From assembly GCA_965644295.1 (NCBI GenBank), contig CBFFRP010000001.1, forward strand, positions 62,001 to 126,000: 64,000 nucleotides of DNA. The letters are read 5' to 3'. The translations under genes and the position numbers were made by a program. Under the pieces are notes generated by a model. The model was not told the DNA's origin. It saw only the letters and a list, made by a program, of their open reading frames with translations, and did no database searches. The DNA comes from Paraphysomonas bandaiensis (Eukaryota > Protista > Chrysophyceae). Of the stretch, positions 1-16,825 are shown in pieces. The stretch's first letter is position 1. Each line of letters opens with the position of its first letter.

Positions 1-3000
1 TTATATACACTAATCTGGTATGCACATATCTTATATACATCATACTAATCTTATATGCACATATCTTTTATGCACATATCTTATATACGCATATCTTATA
101 TGCACATATCTTATATACACATATCTTATATACATCACACTAATCTTATATGCACATATCTTATATACACATATCTTATATACATCACACTAATCTTATA
201 TGCACATATCTTATATACACATATCTTATATACATCACACATATCTTATATGCACATATCTTATATGCACATATCTTATATGCACATAGCTTATATACAC
301 ATATCTTATATACACATATCTTATATACATCACACTAATCTTATATACACATATCTTATATGCACATATCTTATATGCACATATCTTATATGCACATATC
401 TTATATAGACATATCTTATATACACATCTCTTAAATGCACATATCTTATATACACATATCTTATATACATCACACTAATCTTTTATGCACATATCTTATA
501 TACACATATCTTATATACACATATCTTATATACACTAATCTTATATGCACATATCTTATATACACATATCTTATATGCACATATCTTTTATGCACATATC
601 TTATATACACATGTCTTACGTACATCACACTAATCTTATATGCACATATCTTATATGCACATATCTTATATGCACATAGCTTATATACACATATCTTATA
701 TACACATATCTTATATACATCACACTAATCTTATATGCACATATCTTATATACACATATCTTATATGCACATATCTTATATACACATATCTTATATACAC
801 ATATCTTATATACACATATCTTATATGCACATATCTTATATACACATATCTTATATAGACATATCTTATATACACATATCTTATATGCACATATCTTATA
901 TGCACATATCTTATATGCACATATCTTATATACACATCTCTTAAATGCACATATCTTATATACACATATCTTATATACATCACACTAATCTTTTATGCAC
1001 ATATCTTATATACACATATCTTATATACACATATCTTATATACACTAATCTTATATGCACATATCTTATATACACATATCTTATATGCACATATCTTTTA
1101 TGCACATATCTTATATACACATGTCTTATGTACATCACACTAATCTTATATGCACATATCTTATATACACTAATCTTATATGCACATATCTTATATACAC
1201 ATATCTTATATACACATATCTTATATGCACATATCTTATATACATCACACTAATCTTATATGCACATATCTTTTATGCACATATCTTATATACACATATC
1301 TTATGTACATCACACTAATCTTATATGCACATATCTTATATGCACATATCTTATATACACATATCTTATATACATCACACTAATCTTATATGCACTTATC
1401 TTATATACACATATCTTATATGCATCACACTAATCTTATATGCACATATCTTATATACACATATCTTATATGCACATATCTTATATACACATATCTTATA
1501 TACACATATCTTATATGCACATATCTTATATACGCATATCTTAATATACACATATCTTATATACACATATCTTATATAGACATATCTTATATACACATAT
1601 CTTATATACACATATCTTATATGCACATATCTTATATACACATATCTTATATACACATATCTTATATGCACATATCTTATATGCACATATCTTATATAGA
1701 CATATCTTATATACACATATCCTATATGCACATATCTTATATACACATATCTTATATACATCACACTAATCTTATATACACATATCTTATATACACATAT
1801 CTTATATACGCATATCTTATATACATCACACTAATCTTATATGCACATATCTTATATGCACATATCTTATATACACATATCTTATATACACATATCTTAT
1901 ATGCACATATCTTATATGCACATATCTTATATAGACATATCTTATATACACATATCCTATATGCACATATCTTATATACACATATCTTATATACATCACA
2001 CTAATCTTATATACACATATCTTATATACACATATCTTATATACGCATATCTTATATACATCACACTAATCTTATATGCACATATCTTATATGCACATAT
2101 CTTATATGCACATATCTTATATGCACATATCTTATGTACACATATCTTATATACACATATCTTATATTCATCACACTAATCTTATATGCACATATCTTAT
2201 ATACATCACACTAATCTTATATGCACATATCTTATATGCACATGTCTTATATACACATATCTTATATACACATATCTTATATTCATCACACTAATCTTAT
2301 ATGCACATATCTTATATACTCATATCTTATATGCACATATCTTATATAGACATATCTTATATGCACATATCTTATATAGACATATCTTGTATACACATAT
2401 CCTATATGCACATATCTTATATACACATATCTTATATACATCACACTAATCTTATATACACATATCTTATATACACATATCTTATATACGCATATCTTAT
2501 ATACATCACACTAATCTTATATACACATATCTTATATACACATATCTTATATGCACATATCTTATATACACATATCTTATATACACATATCTTATATGCA
2601 CATATCTTATATGCACATATCTTATATAGACATATCTTATATACACATATCCTATATGCACATATCTTATATACACATATCTTATATACATCACACTAAT
2701 CTTATATACACATATCTTATATACACATATCTTATATACATCACACTAATCTTATATGCACATATCTTATATGCACATATCTTATATGCACATGTCTTAT
2801 ATACATCACACTAATCTTATATGCACATATCTTATATACACATATCTTATATTCATCACACTAATCTTATATGCACATATCTTATATACATCACACTAAT
2901 CTTATATGCACATATCTTATATGCACATGTCTTATATACACATATCTTATATACACATATCTTATATTCATCACACTAATCTTATATGCACATATCTTAT

Positions 3001-6000
3001 ATACACATATCTTATATGCACATATCTTATATAGACATATCTTATATAGACATATCTTATATACACATATCTTATATGCACATATCTTATATACACATAT
3101 CTTATATACACATATCTTATATGCACATATCTTATATACACATATCTTATATACACATATCTTATATACACATATCTTATATACACATATCTTATATGCA
3201 CATATCTTATATACACATATCTTATATACACATATCTTATATGCACATATCTTATATACACATATCTTATATGCACATATCTTTTATGCACATATCTTAT
3301 ATACACATATCTTATATACACATATCTTATATGCACATATCTTATATGCACATATCTTATATAGACATATCTTATATACACATATCCTATATGCACATAT
3401 CTTATATACACATATCTTATATACATCACACTAATCTTATATACACATATCTTATATACACATATCTTATATACGCATATCTTATATACATCACACTAAT
3501 CTTATATGCACATATCTTATATGCACATATCTTATATGCACATATCTTATATGCACATATCTTATGTACACATATCTTATATACACATATCTTATATTCA
3601 TCACACTAATCTTATATGCACATATCTTATATACATCACACTAATCTTATATGCACATATCTTATATGCACATGTCTTATATACACATATCTTATATACA
3701 CATATCTTATATTCATCACACTAATCTTATATGCACATATCTTATATACTCATATCTTATATGCACATATCTTATATAGACATATCTTATATGCACATAT
3801 CTTATATAGACATATCTTGTATACACATATCCTATATGCACATATCTTATATACACATATCTTATATACATCACACTAATCTTATATACACATATCTTAT
3901 ATACACATATCTTATATACGCATATCTTATATACATCACACTAATCTTATATACACATATCTTATATACACATATCTTATATGCACATATCTTATATACA
4001 CATATCTTATATACACATATCTTATATGCACATATCTTATATGCACATATCTTATATAGACATATCTTATATACACATATCCTATATGCACATATCTTAT
4101 ATACACATATCTTATATACATCACACTAATCTTATATACACATATCTTATATACACATATCTTATATACATCACACTAATCTTATATGCACATATCTTAT
4201 ATGCACATATCTTATATGCACATGTCTTATATACATCACACTAATCTTATATGCACATATCTTATATACACATATCTTATATTCATCACACTAATCTTAT
4301 ATGCACATATCTTATATACATCACACTAATCTTATATGCACATATCTTATATGCACATGTCTTATATACACATATCTTATATACACATATCTTATATTCA
4401 TCACACTAATCTTATATGCACATATCTTATATACACATATCTTATATGCACATATCTTATATAGACATATCTTATATAGACATATCTTATATACACATAT
4501 CTTATATGCACATATCTTATATACACATATCTTATATACACATATCTTATATGCACATATCTTATATACACATATCTTATATACACATATCTTATATACA
4601 CATATCTTATATACACATATCTTATATGCACATATCTTATATACACATATCTTATATACACATATCTTATATGCACATATCTTATATACACATATCTTAT
4701 ATACACATATCTTATATTCATCACACTAATCTTATATGCACATATCTTATATACACATATCTTATATGCACATATCTTATATAGACATATCTTATATGCA
4801 CATATCTTATATAGACATATCTTGTATACACATATCCTATATGCACATATCTTATATACGCATATCTTATATACATCACACTAATCTTATATGCACATAT
4901 CTTATATGCACATATCTTATATGCACATATCTTATATGCACATATCTTATGTACACATATCTTATATACACATATCTTATATTCATCACACTAATCTTAT
5001 ATGCACATATCTTATATACATCACACTAATCTTATATGCACATATCTTATATGCACATGTCTTATATACACATATCTTATATACACATATCTTATATTCA
5101 TCACACTAATCTTATATGCACATATCTTATATACTCATATCTTATATGCACATATCTTATATAGACATATCTTATATGCACATATCTTATATACACATAT
5201 CTTGTATACACATATCCTATATGCACATATCTTATATACACATATCTTATATACATCACACTAATCTTATATACACATATCTTATATACACATATCTTAT
5301 ATACGCATATCTTATATACATCACACTAATCTTATATACACATATCTTATATACACATATCTTATATGCACATATCTTATATACACATATCTTATATACA
5401 CATATCTTATATGCACATATCTTATATGCACATATCTTATATAGACATATCTTATATACACATATCCTATATGCACATATCTTATATACACATATCTTAT
5501 ATACATCACACTAATCTTATATACACATATCTTATATACACATATCTTATATACATCACACTAGTCTTATATGCACATATCTTATATGCACATATCTTAT
5601 ATGCACATGTCTTATATACATCACACTAATCTTATATGCACATATCTTATATACACATATCTTATATTCATCACACTAATCTTATATGCACATATCTTAT
5701 ATACATCACACTAATCTTATATGCACATATCTTATATGCACATGTCTTATATACACATATCTTATATACACATATCTTATATTCATCACACTAATCTTAT
5801 ATGCACATATCTTATATACACATATCTTATATGCACATATCTTATATAGACATATCTTATATAGACATATCTTATATACACATATCTTATATGCACATAT
5901 CTTATATACACATATCTTATATACACATATCTTATATGCACATATCTTATATACACATATCTTATATACACATATCTTATATACACATATCTTATATACA

Positions 6001-9000
6001 CATATCTTATATGCACATATCTTATATACACATATCTTATATACACATATCTTATATGCACATATCTTATATACACATATCTTATATACACATATCTTAT
6101 ATTCATCACACTAATCTTATATGCACATATCTTATATACACATATCTTATATGCACATATCTTATATAGACATATCTTATATGCACATATCTTATATAGA
6201 CATATCTTGTATACACATATCCTATATGCACATATCTTATATACACATATCTTATATACCTCACACTAATCTTATATACACATATCTTATATACACATAT
6301 CTTATATACGCATATCTTATATACATCACACTAATCTTATATACACATATCTTATATAGACATATCTTATATGCACATATCTTATATACACATATCTTAT
6401 ATACACATATCTTATATGCACATATCTTATATGCACATATCTTATATAGACATATCTTATATACACATATCCTATATGCACATATCTTATATACACATAT
6501 CTTATATACATCACACTAATCTTATATACACATATCTTATATACACATATCTTATATACATCACACTAATCTTATATGCACATATCTTATATGCACATAT
6601 CTTATATGCACATGTCTTATATACATCACACTAATCTTATATGCACATATCTTATATACACATATCTTATATACACATATCTTATATGCACATATCTTAT
6701 ATGCACATATCTTATATAGACATATCTTATATACACATATCCTATATGCACATATCTTATATACACATATCTTATATACATCACACTAATCTTATATACA
6801 CATATCTTATATACACATATCTTATATACATCACACTAATCTTATATGCACATATCTTATATGCACATATCTTATATGCACATGTCTTATATACATCACA
6901 CTAATCTTATATGCACATATCTTATATACACATATCTTATATTCATCACACTAATCTTATATGCACATATCTTATATACATCACACTAATCTTATATGCA
7001 CATATCTTATATGCACATGTCTTATATACACATATCTTATATACACATATCTTATATTCATCACACTAATCTTATATGCACATATCTTATATACACATAT
7101 CTTATATGCACATATCTTATATAGACATATCTTATATAGACATATCTTATATACACATATCTTATATGCACATATCTTATATACACATATCTTATATACA
7201 CATATCTTATATGCACATATCTTATATACACATATCTTATATACATCACACTAATCTTATATGCACATATCTTATATACACATATCTTATATACGCATAT
7301 CTTATATACATCACACTAATCTTATATGCACATATCTTATATGCACATATCTTATATGCACATATCTTATATGCACATGTCTTATATACACATATCTTAT
7401 GTACATCACACTAATCTTATATGCACATATCTTATATTCATCACACTAATCTTTTATGCACATATCTTATATACACATATCTTATATACACATATCTTAT
7501 ATACATCACACATCTCTTATATGCACATATCTTATATACATCACACTAATCTTATATGCACATGTCTTATATACACATATCTTATGTACATCACACTAAT
7601 CTTATATGCACAAATCTTATATACACATATCTTATATTCATCACACTAATCTTATATGCACATATCTTATGTACATCACACTAATCTTATATACACATAT
7701 CTTATATGCACATATCTTATATACACATATCTTATATGCACATATCTTATATACACATATCTTATATACACATATCTTATATGCACATATCTTATATGCA
7801 CATTTCTTATATACACATATCTTATATACACATATCTTATATGCACATATCTTATATGCACATATCTTATATACACATATCTTATATACACATATCTTAT
7901 ATGCACATATCTTATATACACATATCTTATATGCACATATCTTATATACACATATCTTATATACACATATCTTATATACACATATCTTATATACACATAT
8001 CTTATATACACATATCTTATATACACATATCTTATATGCACATATCTTATATGCACATATCTTATATACACATATCTTATATACACATATCTTATATACA
8101 TCACACATCTCTTATATGCACATATCTTATATACATCACACTAATCTTATATGCACATGTCTTATATACACATATCTTATGTACATCACACTAATCTTAT
8201 ATGCACAAATCTTATATACACATATCTTATATTCATCACACTAATCTTATATGCACATATCTTATGTACATCACACTAATCTTATATACACATATCTTAT
8301 ATGCACATATCTTATATACACATATCTTATATGCACATATCTTATATACACATATCTTATATACACATATCTTATATGCACATATCTTATATGCACATTT
8401 CTTATATACACATATCTTATATACACATATCTTATATACACATATCTTATATGCACATATCTTATATGCACATATCTTATATGCACATATCTTATATGCA
8501 CATATCTTATATGCACATGTCTTATATACATCACACTAATCTTATATGCACATATCTTATATACACATATCTTATATTCATCACACTAATCTTATATGCA
8601 CATATCTTATATACATCACACTAATCTTATATGCACATATCTTATATGCACATGTCTTATATACACATATCTTATATACACATATCTTATATTCATCACA
8701 CTAATCTTATATGCACATATCTTATATACACATATCTTATATGCACATATCTTATATAGACATATCTTATATAGACATATCTTATATACACATATCTTAT
8801 ATGCACATATCTTATATACACATATCTTATATACACATATCTTATATGCACATATCTTATATACACATATCTTATATACACATATCTTATATACACATAT
8901 CTTATATACACATATCTTATATGCACATATCTTATATACACATATCTTATATACACATATCTTATATGCACATATCTTATATACACATATCTTATATACA

Positions 9001-11185
9001 CATATCTTATATTCATCACACTAATCTTATATGCACATATCTTATATACACATATCTTATATGCACATATCTTATATAGACATATCTTATATGCACATAT
9101 CTTATATAGACATATCTTGTATACACATATCCTATATGCACATATCTTATATACACATATCTTATATACCTCACACTAATCTTATATACACATATCTTAT
9201 ATACACATATCTTATATACGCATATCTTATATACATCACACTAATCTTATATACACATATCTTATATAGACATATCTTATATGCACATATCTTATATACA
9301 CATATCTTATATACACATATCTTATATGCACATATCTTATATGCACATATCTTATATAGACATATCTTATATACACATATCCTATATGCACATATCTTAT
9401 ATACACATATCTTATATACATCACACTAATCTTATATACACATATCTTATATACACATATCTTATATACATCACACTAATCTTATATGCACATATCTTAT
9501 ATGCACATATCTTATATGCACATGTCTTATATACATCACACTAATCTTATATGCACATATCTTATATACACATATCTTATATACACATATCTTATATGCA
9601 CATATCTTATATGCACATATCTTATATAGACATATCTTATATACACATATCCTATATGCACATATCTTATATACACATATCTTATATACATCACACTAAT
9701 CTTATATACACATATCTTATATACACATATCTTATATACATCACACTAATCTTATATGCACATATCTTATATGCACATATCTTATATGCACATGTCTTAT
9801 ATACATCACACTAATCTTATATGCACATATCTTATATACACATATCTTATATTCATCACACTAATCTTATATGCACATATCTTATATACATCACACTAAT
9901 CTTATATGCACATATCTTATATGCACATGTCTTATATACACATATCTTATATACACATATCTTATATTCATCACACTAATCTTATATGCACATATCTTAT
10001 ATACACATATCTTATATGCACATATCTTATATAGACATATCTTATATAGACATATCTTATATACACATATCTTATATGCACATATCTTATATACACATAT
10101 CTTATATACACATATCTTATATGCACATATCTTATATACACATATCTTATATACATCACACTAATCTTATATGCACATATCTTATATACACATATCTTAT
10201 ATACGCATATCTTATATACATCACACTAATCTTATATGCACATATCTTATATGCACATATCTTATATGCACATATCTTATATGCACATGTCTTATATACA
10301 CATATCTTATGTACATCACACTAATCTTATATGCACATATCTTATATTCATCACACTAATCTTTTATGCACATATCTTATATACACATATCTTATATACA
10401 CATATCTTATATACATCACACATCTCTTATATGCACATATCTTATATACATCACACTAATCTTATATGCACATGTCTTATATACACATATCTTATGTACA
10501 TCACACTAATCTTATATGCACAAATCTTATATACACATATCTTATATTCATCACACTAATCTTATATGCACATATCTTATGTACATCACACTAATCTTAT
10601 ATACACATATCTTATATGCACATATCTTATATACACATATCTTATATGCACATATCTTATATACACATATCTTATATACACATATCTTATATGCACATAT
10701 CTTATATGCACATTTCTTATATACACATATCTTATATACACATATCTTATATGCACATATCTTATATGCACATATCTTATATACACATATCTTATATACA
10801 CATATCTTATATGCACATATCTTATATACACATATCTTATATGCACATATCTTATATACACATATCTTATATACACATATCTTATATACACATATCTTAT
10901 ATACACATATCTTATATACACATATCTTATATACACATATCTTATATGCACATATCTTATATGCACATATCTTATATACACATATCTTATATACACATAT
11001 CTTATATGCACATATCTTATATACACATATCTTATATGCACATATCTTATATACACATATCTTATATACACATATCTTATATGCACATATCTTATATGCA
11101 CATATCTTATATACACATATCTTATATACACATATCTTATATGCACATATCTTATATACACATATCTTATATACACATATCTTAT
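1..11185. repeat. Satellite array of 15-bp units CATATCTTATAT(A/G)CA with interspersed 20-bp variant units containing CATCACACTAAT; higher-order duplications; open at the left edge
   Basis: Directly visible tandem units. Identical or near-identical spurious ORF translations recur at offsets of +510, +1430, +1385, +270, +595 and +2910 bp, showing nested block duplications. Confidence 0.99.
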
Positions 11186-11595
11186 GTATATACAGCAGAC
11201 AAGTCTTATATTCATATATCTGATGCGTGTTATATGCTCTTATATAGATGCATGGTAGATATACATATATAGATACTTATGGATAGCTGGACATGTACCT
11301 GAGATACGTGTACATATAGATAGCTATTGATATAGATAAACATACATAGATATATACAGGTAGATAGAGACACGTATTGAGATGTACACACAGAGCTATT
11401 CAACTTCTACATAGAGATATACATGCAGAGGCATATCATATATATGTATACACACAGATATGCACACCTATATATACAGTTACTCCTGTAAGCATGTGAA
11501 TAGCGATGTTTTAGTGTGTATAGATATCGGTTCAGACAAATATATAACATGTCGATATGAATGATATTACATGCGTAATAGTTACTCGGCTGTAG

Positions 11596-12718
11596 GGACA
11601 CTTAGGCGCTGCAGTGGCGGGCTCAAATCCTGGCTTAGTGAACAAGCCGATAATGCGTGTTGAAGGGGCATGTGCATCTGGAGGTCTTGCTTTGGCCGCT
11701 GCTGTGGATGCAATTAAGGCTGGGAGTGATGTGGTACTTGCTGTGGGCGCTGAAGTGCAAACCACAGCATCTGCTCGACATGGTGCCGAGTATTTGGCCA
11801 GGGCTTCACATTTCAAACGTCAATCTTCAATAGATGACTTTGTCTTTCCTGCGATGTTTGCGAAGCGTATCAAGGGTTGTTTAGAGGCTGGTGTTGTCAC
11901 CCCACGTGACCTTGCGCTACTATCGGTCAAGGCATATGGCAACGCCGCAAAAAATCCATTGGCGCATATGCATCATGTGCCAATGTCACTAGAAAATGCT
12001 GAACTAGCATCTGATAAGAATCCTAATTTTCTCGGCAACCCAGAACTGAAGCCATTCTTGAAGACATCAGACTGCTCTCAAGTGTCAGATGGGGGTAGCG
12101 GTGTCATCTTGGCTAGTGAAGAAGGCCTTCGAAAGATAGGTAAACCGATTTCGGAGTGTATAGAGATAATTGGTCTGGGATGCGCTACTGGAAATCTTTA
12201 TGAAGATTCTGATCCCACTGAGATGCCTACAACGGCAGCAGCTGCAAAGGCTGCCTTCGCTGAGGCGGGCGTCTCTCCGGATGACATAGGGGTTGCTGAA
12301 GTACATGACTGCTTTACCATTGCTGAGATACTTATGATGGAAGCCATAGGATTCGCACCGAAGGTATTGTGGACAGCACGTAGTCCACGTTCGTCTTACA
12401 GATGTGTATTAGGGACAAGGAGTAGATCTCGTACGAAATGGGGATACGAGTATAGAGGGACGCATTCCGATTAACACGGTAGATACGAAGTATGAATGTT
12501 ATATTCTTGTCCTTATTACTATATAGGGGGGAGGGCTGATTGGCTTCGGTCATCCCGTGGGTGCTACTGGCGTGAAGCAGGTAGTCGAGGTGTATCGACA
12601 GATGAAGGGAATGTGCGGAGAGTATCAGGTGCCGCAGATTCCCACACTCGGCCTCACCGCTAATATGGGCGGAGATGATAAGACTGCAGTCATTGGCATA
12701 TACCGTAACATCGTTTAA
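11596..12718 (+). CDS. SCP2-type thiolase (acetyl-CoA C-acyltransferase), 5'-partial; exons 11596-12363, 12413-12478, 12527-12718
   Basis: Exon opens after the acceptor tgtag| as GHLGAAV. Catalytic motifs RVEGACASG, EVHDCF and GLIGFGHPVGATG are diagnostic of SCP2-thiolases. Stop TAA ends at 12718. The N-terminal part (~100 aa in homologues) is not in the window. Confidence 0.92.
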
Positions 12719-13333
12719 CTGAAAAATACCATTACGTAAAATTAAGAGATTAGTTATATACGAAATGAGGTTCTATTAATATTATGAATTCCATGTATTA
12801 GTGGACGTTTGGTGGCCTCGATATTCCTAGTTTAACTTAATACGACTCGCTTGCATTTTATATGAAGTCACGAAGTAATTAAACGAATATTTATTTGACT
12901 TTTTCTGTGTATTTTGAGGGGATATCTCTTGGTAGGAATTGTTCAAATGTAAATTCATACGACAAGTATCATCCCAATATACAGTGGCACGAATAGTCTC
13001 AGTTACTTGTCAAAGATCGATAACGAAGATAGTTTGCATGATAATCATGAAAGATATATGTTGAATCAAGCCAATGTGACTGATAGGACACTTCATTATA
13101 AAAATAGTACAATAGTTGCATTAATTTGAACCTCGTTCTCTTCCGATTCAGTTAGAATGTACAAGACTTAATGGCTGTATATCTTTATATGAACCTTCAA
13201 ATTGTGCCTGTAGTTTGACCTCAATTTAGTAGGGTACTTGATAAGTCGCTGATTTGAACGCGTGAACCTTTATCTTTGAATTCTTTAAATTAATTCATTT
13301 CATTATGCTGATATATATTATGCCGATCTTGAT

Positions 13334-13792
13334 CCCTCAACAAAGTCAGACTCGCACCTTTTAGTGGTGTTCTGGGGTATGAGTACCGGATAAATATCTA
13401 CGGTAAACTAACGTGAGCCGCATATGTAGTCAACAGATATTGTTCTGTCCAGTCATTGCCTAATGCTTCTGTGTTACAAGAGGGACACTAATATAGGTGT
13501 CACCTGGGAGGATGCTTTTGGGACCTGACGAATAAACAGGCTTCCGGGGTATTGGGCTGCCTGCTGAAGTCAAGCATCCGGGCTGTTCTCTTAAAAATCC
13601 TGAAGTCAGCAGACGTCAGGTATACCAACATTCTGCTTGTTCACTGCGATTGCTTGGAGCTTTTATTGATAGTGCGAAAGTGGTGCTTGTGGTGATATTG
13701 GATATCAGAGTTAAGCACTAGTTAGTTAAAATGCAATGATAAACTAGTTCTGACTCTTACATGCCTATTGCTAATAATAATACATTCACTAC
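13334..13792 (+). mobile_element. Unclassified dispersed element, near full-length copy A
   Basis: Starts CCCTCAACAAAGTCAGACTCGCACC and ends CCTATTGCTAATAATAATACATTCACTAC; aligns by eye with copies at 17791, 30777 and 60677. Confidence 0.85.
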
Positions 13793-14390
13793 TGTAATCG
13801 TTGTCATAGTATAATGTTCTGGGTCTTAGTTTCAAAATTATAGGTACAGGTATAAGTATATACAACAAAGAGGTAATGGGATAAATAACCAGACAGTTGG
13901 TTATTACGACTTTAAGAACTTTTAAGTTAGTATAATAGTAAATAATATTTCGAAGGACGAATGGAAACCTGGAAAACAAAGGAAAGTATGATATTTCTAA
14001 TTCCCTTTGTTGGTATCTTGTGTGTATACGGTGTACGGAGATCTTCTTTGATATTTCATTACAATTACGACAAACCGGCACTCCACTTGCACAGATACTA
14101 CCCCACTATTTCAACCCAACGACTAATTTTAATTTCATATTTCCATTTCTTATTAATATATCAAAAAACTAGCTAACCAAAGCGCATATATAATGGTAGA
14201 CTATTACGGTCGTTTTCAAGACACACATACAACTAAGTGGAACAGTGGTGTAGCTGCACAGTCACACAGCGGACAAGTATCTGCTAAGTGGAGTGACAAA
14301 GGGTTTCGTTCTAACATAATTCCGACATGGAGTTTTCAGACGCATTGATATACACATATTGTTAGATTCGGCTAGATCTTTCTAAAGCAC

Positions 14391-15946
14391 CTAGCGAACA
14401 AGTGCCCGCTCCTCGCTGTCCAAGTCATCGAATCCGAAAACCCCGGGGTGGCCCACAGATGTGAGCATCTTCCTTTTGTATCCATCGGGGTCTGCTCGAA
14501 CGCGAACTTTGCCAAGCTTGCTCGCCCGTCCCCAGGAGGTTCTTGCTCGCTCCATATAAAACACAGGATCCAATCCTACATACAAGCATATCAGTCACTC
14601 TAACCATGAAAAAGATGATTGCATACAACTAAAGGGCGAATTCGTACCACTGAGCGATCCACTTGCTGAGAAGTCGGTCGACGAGTCTCCTGGTAGCGTT
14701 TTCGCCAGCCTCGCCGACGATGCGGTTCCCAAAGTGCGCCGCCCACCAGAGGGTGTATAACCCTTGAAGGAAGGAGTCATTACTCGTTCATCGAAGTTTA
14801 CTGTACCGGACCGATTCATGAGCTTTGCCATGGGAAAGCTACGGCGGGTTTGAATCGCACGGGAGTTAGCTGACAAATCAGATGTAACTGTATTGTTGGA
14901 GCTGTTTCCTTTTCTCGACCCGGGTGTCCCGATGCTACGTAACTTCTGCGGTCGAGGGAGTGGACGCGAACTGTCCAAAGTACGGGACTGTGAAAATGAC
15001 CCTGATGACGACAGCAAACGCAACTGAGCAGGGAGAACAGGAACGCTCTTGGGGCGCTCCACGAAGTCGATGAGTTGGTCGTCCACCACACTAGTGTACG
15101 GTGTCATCGTCGGGTTATCCGATTCCTCTATTGTCACAGGGGAAGAAGGCACTATGTACAGAGAGGATTTGTTGGAAGTATCCTTCAGAAGGTTCGTCGA
15201 GCCTTTCCACATTATATCCGATAGAGCAGCCTGAATTTCTAGTGTTCTACGCGATATCCGCTGCTTCTCCAATTCCATCATCATCAACTAAGCACAAAAA
15301 TGTCTTAATTAACAAGTATTACTATGAGCAATCTACCCACCTTGCTGCTCAGCTCATCTTTTTCCTGATCCAATGCAGATTTCTTTGTCTCACTCGCTTT
15401 TAATTTTTTATCGAGGTTCTTAACCCGCATCTCAAGGATGTTTCCCTCTTGCACCATGCGTTTGTTTTCGCTGTCCATCATCACACATTCCTCTTCAAGC
15501 TGCTGGTGAAGTAGAATCATAGACTCACACTTCTGAACAATTTCATCACGTTCAATCTGATTTCTTGCCTGCACTTCCATTATAGAGGCCACCACCTCTT
15601 TACAGTCAGTGCGTATACATGGAGCAACTCCTTTCTCCGTCTCAGGCATCCCTTCTAATGCCAAAGCATCTGGATCAGGCACAGGTGCTGCTAAACTCTT
15701 ATGTTTTGATGTAACACGTGATTGACGTTCATTCACTCGTCCTGTAGCAGCTGTTTTTGCATCAGTTTTGTTAGTCGATGCGGCTAATTGGATAGCAAAC
15801 TCTCTGTTCTGAGGGGTCAGATGAGCTAAATGAGAGAAGGCGACTTTGCCGTGATCGGGTGTACCAAATGCATATGTCTTCTTAGGGGATGACGGACGAT
15901 CATCGAACTCTTCCTGTATATCACTGTATTCATCTTTTCTTTCCAT
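14391..15946 (-). CDS. Hypothetical coiled-coil/Ser-rich protein, 3 exons (15946-15341, 15287-~14630, 14575-14391)
   Basis: Three ORF-track segments join in frame through short GT-AG introns. Central E/K/Q-rich heptad region. No family recognised. Confidence 0.7.
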
Positions 15947-16236
15947 GGTGTTAATGTCTGAGTGTGGATGGATGCCTCTATACGCTCAACACAGCATTAG
16001 GATATCTTCAACGGACACGAATAGAGTGATAGGTAGTAGCTAAGTGAAGGTAATTGAAGGCATAGTGTGTTGTTGCTTTGAAGGGTTGGGTTAGAGTCTA
16101 TCTGAGAGGCTAGTAGAGCAGAGGATGGTGTGTATATATCCCTCTGTATAAACAGCAGGACGACTACATGTCTGTATATATGAGCTTATGTATGCGCCCT
16201 TCTGTAACGGATCCAGAGGTGAACGGGTTGCAGCAG

Positions 16237-16240
<4 letters not shown>

Positions 16241-16269
<29 letters not shown>

Positions 16270-16575
16270 TGTATGTATGTATGTATGTATGTATGTATGT
16301 ATGTATGTATGTATGTATGTATGTATGTATGTATGTATGTATGTATGTATGTATGTATGTATGTATGTATGTAGGTATGTATGTGTATGTATGTATGTAT
16401 GTATGTATGTAGGTATGTAGGTAGGTATGTATGTAGGTATGTATGTATGTATGTATGTATGTATGTATGTACGTATGTATGTATGTATGTATGTATGTAT
16501 GTATGTATGTATGTATGTATGTATGTATGTATGTATGTATGTATGTATGTATGTATGTATGTATGTATGTATGTG
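16241..16575. repeat. (ATGT)n microsatellite in a divergent intergenic region
   Basis: Directly visible, ~335 bp with a few variant units. Confidence 0.98.
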
Positions 16576-16825
16576 TACAAACGTATGTACATACATAAGC
16601 TACCGCTGTACGGAGTACGTACAGTAGTTTGCAAGCGTATACTATCACTGCTTGTAGTGCGGAGGATACAGCATGCATGTTATACTGCCTGTTAAAGCTG
16701 TGCTCGTATCTCTCTCTATTATTGTGAGCGGATTGCCCCCATACAAACCTACCTCCTAAACTAACCACAACTACTAGTAAACTATTAAACATTATGAGTG
16801 TATAGCTGATACTGTTATTATTAAT

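Noticed and set aside
1-11185. CRISPR-like or information-coding array (20-bp units punctuating variable runs)
   Set aside because: The intervening sequence is the same 15-mer, not unique spacers. There are no cas genes and the context is eukaryotic.
1-11185. Telomeric repeat
   Set aside because: No G-rich TTAGGG/TTTAGGG-like unit, and the array abuts an internal exon.
55-11272. Dozens of His/Ile/Ser/Tyr-repeat ORFs
   Set aside because: Artefacts of a stop-free 15-bp repeat, present in several frames on both strands.
16091-16792. YIHT/MYVC-repeat ORFs here and at 32803-34591
   Set aside because: Translations of micro- and minisatellites.
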